A stretch of DNA of 61,956 nt, the filler included, from Platydemus manokwari (taxonomy: Eukaryota): assembly GCA_037951405.1 (NCBI GenBank). It is 6 parts of 6 records of this genome, joined end to end, with 100 filler letters (N's around TTAATTAATTAA, not from the genome) between each part and the next. Parts side by side here need not be neighbours in the genome. Positions count along the whole stretch, not along the records: positions 20,268 to 30,783 come from JBBMOY011127552.1; positions 30,884 to 43,778 come from JBBMOY011920272.1; 4 more parts are not named here. One strand, written 5' to 3'. The stretch's first letter is position 1, and every line of letters begins with the position of its first letter. Positions 27,601 through 38,100 of this stretch are shown here, piece after piece. Made by a program: the position numbers and the translations under genes. Under the pieces are notes generated by a model that was not told where the DNA came from, did no database searches, and worked only from the letters and a program-made list of their open reading frames with translations.

Positions 27601-30486
27601 ACAACATAATTAATTAACGATTTTGATTATATAAATTTAATCGAACTAATACAGAGAAGTGATAATACTTCCATGATAATATATTAATATAATTTTTCAA
27701 CAACTGTTGATTATTATTTTTTTTAAAAGGCACAAATTACGAGGTGAAACAAATGAAAATCGCTTAAAAAGGAGAAGAAATTCACCACTACTTATTGTTT
27801 CCATTATATCAAGTAATTTATGAAATATTTTTATGAAGACCAATAATAGTTAATCATTAGAAGAAAACAATAATCGACAATTAATGATGTAACAATTCAA
27901 ATGATAAGGATAATCATAAAAATTAAATTAATTAATAATTTAATTATACAAGTTTAAAAAACTTAAAATTTTCAGTTAAAATTTCCATTTCCATAATTAA
28001 ACAATAACGACTCTTTATCAGAAGACTAATATAATTCCGAAAAAAACCTTTTATGTAAATAATATTTCGAAAATTTAAAATAACAATAAGAAGTCATCAG
28101 TAATTACAAATACCCATTAAATTATAAATATCAGTTATTTTATTATTTTTTTATTTATTAGTTTAACAATTTTAGAAATAGTTAACAATATATTCTTCAG
28201 ATAATAGGTTGACACAATAGAGCAGATGTTTAAAATTATTCTAAATTGAAAGACGTAAAACGGAAAACATTGCTATTCTAAAATTAAGAACAAAAAGATA
28301 TTATTATAATATATAATATTATGTGTGACAGTAGGTTCATATGTTTATAGAAATCGTGGCCACTTAGTAACATTATAGAGAACAGTAATTATATTTCTTA
28401 CACAGCACAATTGTGCAGTCATCATATTACTCTTTGTCTGCATTATATTTTGGTGTCACGGACTCAATCTTATTTTTAGCTAATCATAAAAGTATAATCA
28501 TGGACTTTATTTAAAAATACTTGAATTTTAATTTAGTAAGAACAAAAAGTCAGATGGTAGTCAGGTCAAGGCACCTGGTCTTTTTTATAAATCATTTTCA
28601 ATAATAACCATGACAATAATAATGATAATATCAATAGTAATAATAATACTNNNNNNNNNNNNNNNNNNNNNNNNNNNNNNNNNNNNNNNNNNNNNNNNNN
28701 NNNNNNNNNNNNNNNNNNNNNNNNNNNNNNNNNNNNNNNNNNNNNNNNNNNNNNNNNNNNNNNNNNNNNNNNNNNNNNNNNNNNNNNNNNNNNNNNNNNN
28801 NNNNNNNNNAATAGTAATAAATATTGTTATTGGAAGTTAAATCTAAACCTGGATTTATATAACCTAAGATTAACAGTACTTTACAAAATTCAACACGTAT
28901 TTAAACAAACCAAATAAAATTTGATAAAAATAATAACATGAGCCAGTTTAATAACCACCTATTATATTAAATTATTAATCAAATGTTAATGATTTATTAG
29001 TCTTGTTACCTTCAATATTTTAATTTAGTAAGCAGTAAATCATAAAATTTTGTTTAATATGTACATGGAATAATAATCAATAATAATAATCAATAACTAG
29101 TTTTAATAAATAATTATTCATTAAATTAATTATATATTGTAATTATTATAATAATATATTTAAATAAATGTAAAAAAATTAACACACAATTATTTATTAT
29201 AATAAAAATATAATTATGTGAAGAGATGTGCCGTAACAGGTGTTAGTTTATTAATAAGTAATAAATAATACAATTATATTTTCTGCAATTTTTCAATACG
29301 AGCCTATTTAAATGAGTCAAATTGATCAATTTTAAGATTCTCCTTGGAATTTTCCTCGTTTTTTCAGCTCAACATAACCTTGTTTCACTTTAAATATCTA
29401 AAACCAATTTTATAATTCCTATAACCCTGTACATGAGATATTATAGAATATTCGACCATCAAGTTTCAATAGAGTGTGCCACTGGACTAGATTAAAACAA
29501 AAAATTCGATATTTTGAAATATTATAAAAACAGCATAACGGTTATTGATAGCTTTTAATTTCCAAGAAAATAAAATATTGATTACTTAACTAGGAATGGG
29601 AGTCGTAATTAAGTAGTCGACTATTACTCGTACCCCCTCACCGGGGCCGTAATTTAGTTTTCTATGAATGAAATAATCATTATGTTTAATGATTATTAAT
29701 ATTAAATATGTCTATAAATAGGTTCAGGAATATTATATCGAGTGGTAATGTGTGATTTCGACAATGCTATGGTTAACTATGGAGATGATATGACAACAAA
29801 TGAATGGTACAACTGGTGCATATTTCGTCACACCGATCAACCTTATCTATATCGACAGTATGCACCAATGGAAAGGCGAAAATGGGGAGAATCTTATTTA
29901 TATCGAGCCAGTTCTTTATTGATGACAAAGAAAGTTGTTAAAAAACACGATTTCTTACATTCTACAACAAACAAGGACCCTCAATTCCATGTTGTTAAAG
30001 ATGTCTTGAAAAAGGTAAATTGAATAATAATGGTTTTGCATTAAAAATTATCAATTCCTTGTCTATCACTCAGGGTCAACATTTATACATTCTTACGGAA
30101 AATAATATTTATAATGAAAATATCGGAATAAATTGTCATCAATATACCACATGCATTGATTGTGCCAGTGATCCGATGTGTATGTGGCGGATTATAGATC
30201 AGCAATGTATTGATTATAATGAAAATGGATTTAGGTTTGATTTGAATAAAAATATAATCATTTATAATGTTCATTTATCTTGTAGACCTGATCTATTTGT
30301 TCAAGATGTTTTGGATCGTGGATTCCAATGCGGTAATATAATTACAGGTCCATGTGGATCGATATCATCGTTTATTTATTCAGCTAATAGTAGAATGTAC
30401 GACAAGGAACAAACAATCAAATCGATGAGTGTAATGGTGCTCAATTGTTCGAATGCCGGATTCTGGAGAGGGAAAATCGTGTGGAG
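21627..30486 (+). CDS. divergent semaphorin (Sema-PSI-Ig), incomplete at both ends
   Basis: Exons 21627-21891, 21983-22098, 22153-22264, 22352-22555, 25584-25755, 25802-26195, 26264-about 26352, (unresolved link), 29722-30014, 30074-30234, 30286-about 30486. Motifs HLYFFGHE, LRICKNDLG, LIGLFNNP..GALC, GILYRVV; PSI CHQYTTCIDCASDPMCMW..QQC; Ig start VLNC...IVW. Confidence 0.8.
26685..27060 (+). mobile_element. pogo-like DDE transposase relic inside a semaphorin intron
   Basis: LTVTLATL...KTPVIIWKG and THFYQL resemble DDE_1 motifs TVxL...KLPPxVIFKG and TxxLQPLD. Confidence 0.35.
28651..28809. other. intra-scaffold sequencing gap (159 N)
   Basis: N run without the linker, flanked by degenerate AAT repeats. 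Confidence 0.95.
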
Positions 30487-30783
30487 GTTAAATGACCAAG
30501 GCAATGATTTATTTATATTTTTAATTAACTTATTATTTTTTAATTTTTAGTTAATTAAAACAATGAAAATAATAGTATTAAAAATAATATTATAATTAAT
30601 ATTACAAATATTAATAATAAGGAAAATAATAATAGTATTATCTATGATTATAATAATTGTGATTTTATTAAAGATAATGACAATAACAATATCATTAGTA
30701 AAAATAAATATAATATTAATAATAATGATAAAGATAACATATTTAATAATAATAATAATAATAATAATTTTTGGTTTAAGCTC

Positions 30784-30883
30784 NNNNNNNNNNNNNNNNN
30801 NNNNNNNNNNNNNNNNNNNNNNNNNNNTTAATTAATTAANNNNNNNNNNNNNNNNNNNNNNNNNNNNNNNNNNNNNNNNNNNN
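30784..30883. other. artificial scaffold join
   Basis: 44N-TTAATTAATTAA-44N. Confidence 0.98.
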
Positions 30884-31814
30884 TATTACTATTAATATTT
30901 ATAATCATTTTTTAAATATTATCTTGCTATTTTTACATTAATATTAACTATAAATCACCAAATCATTAATAACAACATTATATTTTCAAATATAAATTAT
31001 AAAACGGGCGGGTGGTTGACAATATTCGAGTAGCAATTCATCCACCTCTTCCAATATAAAAACTCTATCCAATTTTTTTTCATTGGTAAAGCTAACGACA
31101 TCAAAATCCAGCTTTCTCATTCTGATTGTTCCATCAGTAAATGTAAACCACCAGATCAGATCGATCATTGATTTATCTCAAATAATCTAATGGCATAACA
31201 TTAATCGAAATCTCTCTCTCTCTCATTCCAATCCAACAATGAAAATAAGTCAACAGAAAATTGGTAGATCGAGAGTAATTGCAAACAAAACTCTAATCCA
31301 AGTATTTATTAAAGGATTAAGTTACCCGAGATAATTGTCAACTGGTTTTTCTCGTTATCGTCATTCATCTGCTGATTGTATAAATCATATAAATTTACAT
31401 CGATACCAAATGAGTTTTCATAGTCATTTCGATTGGATTTCAGTGATGTTTTCAAGTGAGTTTTCGTTTATGTTTTATTTGTCATATCTGTCAGTGATGT
31501 CAAAAAATATCAAGTCGGTTGACATCATCTTATAAGGTTCTATTTTAGTCCATCTATGATAACATTGACTTAAGTTGTCTGGTTTAAGAGAGTGATGATA
31601 TTAAAATAACAAACACAAAGGTCGACAATGGAATATATATAGGAAAAGGGTTTTTGTAAATTATTCACCACAGTTTCATGATGGGTACGATCAAGTCAAA
31701 TAATGGTCGATTGATTATCGATTGATTGAAACAATTATTAGAATATTTATTATTTCAGATAATTATTCAATGATATCCAATCGTAAGATAAGCCACGATG
31801 TTTACACTCCGAAA

Positions 31815-34390
31815 ATGGATGCCGAAGAATTTCGAATACGTGGCAAGGAAATGATCGATTATGTTGCGAATTATCTGGAAAATATTGAAGATTGGAGAGT
31901 GTTTCCACAAGTTGAGCAGGGATACTTATATAAATTGATACCAACTAGCGCACCATTCAAACCAGAAGATTGGAATGACATTATTAATGATGTGGGACGG
32001 GTGATTTTGCCAGGAGTGAGCTTTATTTCAATGATAAATTGAAGATTTTATGAAAATATTATTTGATTGTGGATCTCCATCATCAATCAAACCTTCTGAA
32101 CACATATATTCTTCTTCATAAATATATTCTCACAATAAAAACAATATTAAGCCATCTAAACTGGAGAGAGATTGATCCGCAAAATACCGACACTAGTAGC
32201 AAATATTAATAATAATTTTTACAAAATATTTAATAAAGCCTTTTCAAATATAAAGATCATGTTTATCCTAGGGCAATCAATGAAAGCAGTAAAAGACGAA
32301 AATATAATTTAATCTTACGTAATCCAATAACAGAGAATTGTATGACATATCGATATAATATATAACCCAACAGCACACATGCTAGGATTTTCTAAAATCA
32401 ATACTATTATTTGATTGGATGATTTCATGAAACCGTAATAATATCGATTAAATTCATTTAGATAACACACTGGCATCATCCTCATTTTCATGCATATTTT
32501 CCTGCTGCTCTGTCTTATGCAGCTATGTGTGGTGACATTTTATCCGGTGGTCTCGGATGTATAGGATTTACATGGGTAAGTATTTTATCATAATCATCAT
32601 TAAACTTATCGCTATTGATCTATGTCAGGCATCGAGTCCTGCTTGTACTGAATTAGAGGTAGTGATGATGGATTGGTTGGCAAAAATGCTACAGCTTCCA
32701 AAAGAATTTTTCTCCGATTCTGGTCATGGAGGAGGAGTGATTTATGTATGGAATTGATATTTGTTTTCGTTGATCCGATTATTAATGATAATTATTATTA
32801 ACCTATAGAACACTTGTAGCGAATCTTGTTTGGTGACTCTGTTGGCAGCGAGAAACAAAGCGATCGATAAATATCGCGAAAAGCATCCTGATGAAAATAA
32901 ATATATCATCATGAGCAAACTTGTAGGATATTACTCGATTGAAGTGGGCTGTTTTAACAATTTATTCAATATCTTCTAACAATTAATTCAAGGCCCATTC
33001 ATCGGTTGAAAGAGCTGGATTGTTGAGCATGATCAATATGAGAAGGGTTGGATCAATCAAGAGAAAAATGAGGGGTTCAGTATTAGAAGAAATGATCAAA
33101 GAGGACATTGGCAACGGTTTAATTCCATTCTTTGTAAGAATTTTTCTCCATCAACATTATGTCGATGATGACTCCTAAAAATAAAAATATCTCTAAAAAT
33201 AAAACTACATTAGTCCGGGGATGAAGGGGGTAACAATAGGAGATTTATCTTTTCAATCTAATGGAAAGCATCTCGCGATCTTCAAAAATATTTCAATTGA
33301 TTTCTCATTAAAGATAGATTTTAATCATTTACGAATAAAGTCATGAATTTATTTCCAGTGTGTTGCCACTCTTGGAACAACCGGTTCATGTGCGTTTGAT
33401 GATCTGGAAGAAATAGGCCCTATCTGTCAGAACTACGATATCTGGCTTCATATCGATGCTGCATATGCGGGCTCGTCTTTCATCTGTCCAGAATATCGAT
33501 ATTTATTGAACGGTATTGAAGTAAATAGTTTATATATATATAATCTATTATCATAATAATATTATTAATTTCAGTATGCTATGTCATTTGTGTTTAACCC
33601 CCACAAATGGCTGCTGGTCAATTTTGATTGTTCTGCTGTCTGGTAGATATTATTTTTATCGATTTTATTGATTATCTCTTCATAAAGCTTATTGATTGTC
33701 ATATTGTCTTCATTGATAAAATATATTCCCATTTATTCAGGTTCAGAGAAACGAAATTCATAGTCGAAACATTCACGGTGAATCCGGTTTATCTGAGATA
33801 CAGAAATGAAGGCAAATGTCCAGATTTTCGAGTAATTGACAATCAGATTTGTAATAATTATTGATGATTGACAGCACTGGCATGTTCAACTTGGTCGTCG
33901 ATTCAGATCTTTGAAGATTTGGTTCGTGCTTCGTCTATACGGAGTGGACGGTTTACAGAAATATATTAGAAATGTAATAATGATTTTAATCGATAATGTT
34001 TATCCCTTCATATGTTGTCTAGCACATTAAATTGGCTCATCTCTTTGAAAGTTTTATTTTAAAGGATAAACGTTTTGAGATTGTCGAAGAAGTTATCATG
34101 GGACTCGTTTGTTTTCGATTAAAAGTAAGACAAATTATTCAAATAGATCGAGTTTCATTGGTTCCTTAAAGGGAAGCAATGAAATCAACGAAGAACTCTA
34201 CAACCGAATCGAAAAAGACGGACGAATTCACATTGTTATTTCACAGTTTGAGGATTCGAAATTGCTTTATTTGCGATTCGCTGTGTGTTATCAATTCGCA
34301 ACAGAGGAACATGTTATATATGCTTTTAGAACCATTTCGGAAATTGCAGAAGAAATGAATCTGTTGGCAATATCGCTCGAGAAATTATGA
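31815..34390 (+). CDS. Ddc: aromatic-L-amino-acid decarboxylase (group II PLP decarboxylase, DDC-like), 11 exons, 482 aa; alternative in-frame ATG at 31770
   Basis: Exons 31815-32015, 32462-32575, 32629-32745, 32809-32943, 32993-33133, 33359-33520, 33575-33642, 33741-33831, 33875-33973, 34023-34124, 34172-34390. All introns GT-AG, 1449 nt, frame intact. Motifs [70 protein letters not shown] (PLP lysine), LGRRFRSLK. Orthology to DDC rather than TDC/HDC is inferred from LGRRF. Confidence 0.95.
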
Positions 34391-35185
34391 TTTTTAGAAG
34401 CTGAGAATAGATTAATTCAGATTGTTTTCAGTTTATTGGAACAATAGATTCGATTTGATTCGTTAATTTTTTAATTAATAAATAGCTTTTCTATGATTTG
34501 GATTGTTTTAATGGATTATGGGATTTATATGTGTGTGTGGGTGAGTGTAAACGTGTGTGCTTAATTGAGTGACTCATTAGAGAAGTTTAATTCTGATTGG
34601 ATACCGTTTCCAAGCAAAAAGAGAAACATTTTATAAATAAATAAAAATTTTAATTTTAGCTTGCATAAGATCCAGGTTTAATGAGTGTAGTAGGGCGACA
34701 GAAAGAGAAATATAATTACAATAGACTCTCTTCCTAAATATTTATCTCCAACAATTATCATTACAAAAACAATACCATTAATAAAGTACCCGTTGAAGTA
34801 GTACTTTTGTTCATCAATTAAAACACAAGTGCATCTGATATGAATTGATCAAATCTCAAATGTGGAATGAAAGATAAAGGAATTACCATGATAATGAATG
34901 ATGCAATCACATCAAATTATTTGAAAAAATATTACAAAGTATGGCAGAGTAAAGTTCAGGTTATAATCGATAGAATGATGGAGAATAAATTTCATATTAG
35001 CTAATCATATTATGTGTGTCAATCCAGACCGAAAAATAGATGCAATTTGAATATGTTGGTTGTTTTAATCATCAAAACCTATGATGTTTGAAGTACATCT
35101 AAAACGTATGACGGAATATTATAAATGAATAATATGCCACATCATATGATCATCATAGTTGGTTTCATTGTATCATTATATTGCA

Positions 35186-38100
35186 ATGAATCGATTCGAT
35201 ATCAAATCCGATCAAAGACGCATTTTAAGCTCTTCTGATTCTCATATTGATTATACTACTGTTAATGATTACAGTGAGGAATTCAATGCGAAAAATAAAT
35301 ATTACCTGCCAGCAAGATACATTTTTGCTTTATGGGGATTTTTGGGTTTCCTGATGGTGTATGCATTAAGAGTCAATCTCAGTGTGGCAATCATAGCTAT
35401 GGTTAAAAATACAGATGATTCCAACAAAACCAAACATCATGAATGCAGTTATGGAAATGTCACTACAAATACGGTATGTATGTGAATGGATACAACAGAA
35501 TATTATAATATCTAATATGATCTCGATTTATTAGATATCTGGAGATTTTGATTGGAGTAAAGAGATACAAGGAATTATCTTGGGTGCATTCTTCTGGGGA
35601 TATATTCCTCTTCAAGTGCCAGGTAAGACAGATGATTATTTATAATTGATTTCATGTTAATATGAGAGAAAAATAATTTTTGAAAAATTCTTAGCCGGTT
35701 GGCTTGCGGTGAAAATCGGTGGCAAATGGTTATTTGGGATTGGGGTATTGTGGACATCCTTGTTTACTTTACTAACACCCACAGCAGCACACATGGGATA
35801 TGGTTGGTTGATTGGTCTTCGAGTCTTAGAAGGTGCTGGAGAGGTTGTTTAATGAAATATTCCACAAATATCCATCACTGACATGTATAATTGTAGAGTA
35901 TAACGTACCCTGCAATACACTCCATGTTAGGATACTGGTGTCCAGTGATGGAAATATCTTTTATCGGAGCTATTGTTTATTCAGGTGAAATAAATTCAAA
36001 ATTATTTAAGAATTTCATATCAATCTAATTCTTACAAGGTAGTCTAGCTGGATTAGTCGCAGGATTATTGGTTTCGTCAATTCTCATTGACGCCAAAGTT
36101 ATGGGCGGATGGCCCTCTGTATTTTACATACCTGGTTTGATTTTATATCTCACTTAATTTTCGATTTTGTCCTAAAATATATTATATAAACAGAAATAAA
36201 TGAATAATTTTTTATCAGGAATGTTGGGAGTAGCTTGGTTTATCGTATGGGCCTTCGTGGCATTCAGTACACCAGCCAAGCATCCGAGAATATCACAAAG
36301 AGAGAGGGTATATATAGAATCATCTGTAAATATTTCCCATAAAGAGGTTAATAAATAACGTAGTTATCGATTGAATTATTTTGCGATCTTAATTCAGATG
36401 TTAGCAGAAGTACCATGGAAAAAAATATTCCTCTCATTACCAGTGTGGGCAATAGTTGTAGCCAATTTCTGTTCTATGTGGTCGTTGTATACACTTCTTA
36501 CCACTTTACCACAGTACTTTGAGGATATTCTGGGATTTTCAATGGCCGAGGTGATTTTTTCTACATCAGATTGTCTATGAAAAGCGCTAAAAGGGCTACA
36601 AGTTGAAAGAGCAGAAGGAAAAATACGATAAAAGTGTGGTTATCTACCACAGAGCATAAAAATCATGATCTAAGTTCTAAATCGATAGTCCTGGGTTGTA
36701 AAATAATTGGTAATAATAAGAGTGCCAAAGTACTGCTATTCAATACTTATAAGGAATAAGGATAATCAAAATAAAAATAAATAACTATAATAATATAAAT
36801 GAAAAGATAATTTTAGCCGTAATACCCCTCAGATACTATTGCTGCGATATCGTAATAACTAAGCCATGACAGTACACTAGATCTGCTACTGTAGCCACAA
36901 TTATTCCGTAACGTGTATGATATCTACCGCTATTTTAAAGAATCACTAAAATATTATTTATTACAACTTCTGAAGGCAAATATTTAATTCATAAATAATA
37001 TTTATCGTATGTTACTAATTAAATTGATCGAAACTCATTATTATAATTGTTTAGTTGGGTGAGACTCTTTAATGATTATTATCATTAAATGGTTTTTTTT
37101 TAATATTGTTTTCAAATTCTTTCTCGATTTCGTTAGCTTAACATTCGATCCAATACACATTTGGGAGATTTCTCACTTTCAAAACATAAATAATCGAATA
37201 CAAAAGATTACAAATATTTCTTTATCGATTCCTTTCAGAACTTTCATCTTTTTATTCCAATGATTTTCTCATGTTTTGTAGCAAATAAATCTTAATTATC
37301 TCAACTGATTAATCCTCCATTATCTCTAAATACTGCTAAATAACAGATCGTCTAAAAATCATGTCTAATAATTTATTCACAATATCCACACATACAAGGA
37401 ATTTCCATCTCTGAAACAGAAGTCTTGACACTGATGAATACTTTCTGGTTTTTACTTTCATCTTCTTGTAACACACTCTTGACTCTATTTGTCAGTGCTT
37501 ATAAATGATTCCATTCAATTGAAATCTTTTCAGAGTTTTTCTTTCTCAAAGTTTTCTTCTTCGATATTTTGGGAAGACTTTGAATTGATAGAGCGGATAT
37601 CTTAGTTCAGACTTTTGTTTAAAAACAAAAAATAACGAATTTTATTGAAATAGATTTCACAAATCAACTCAAACATTTGTGCAATCGACACCGTATCTAG
37701 AAATCTACTTTTACTGCCCTTTCTTGGCTGCTGGTTTGTGCAATCCACACCAACTTTTGTCACTGCCTTTGAAATTAAAATTACAATCCCTATGCACATT
37801 GTTTTGTCTATTTCTTCTGGTTCTCCTTCCTGTTTCCATCTTTGCTCAGTAGTGATTTATTCAAACGATCCGCTAACCTGTGTCATTGTTGTCTTGTTTT
37901 GATTTTTGAAACTTTTCCGTATTCCAGGATCTGGTTTCTTGTTGTTCATGGCATAAGAGCAATGCTATTAATATTGTTTTGATCCAAATCACAATCACAG
38001 AATGCAGGTACTCTAGTTTGTTCCATCTTGAAATAATGATTGGATGTATTGGGAGCACTCTGTTCAATTATGTGTTCCTGAGCACTTGTACTTATTATCG

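Noticed and set aside
30495-30510. GC-AG intron donor (CAAG|GCAATG) in the semaphorin
   Set aside because: A canonical GT donor is available at 30487 and the downstream exon is off-scaffold, so it cannot be tested.
28610-30835. ORFs 28610-28840 and 30644-30835
   Set aside because: Translations of AAT-rich low-complexity DNA and N runs.
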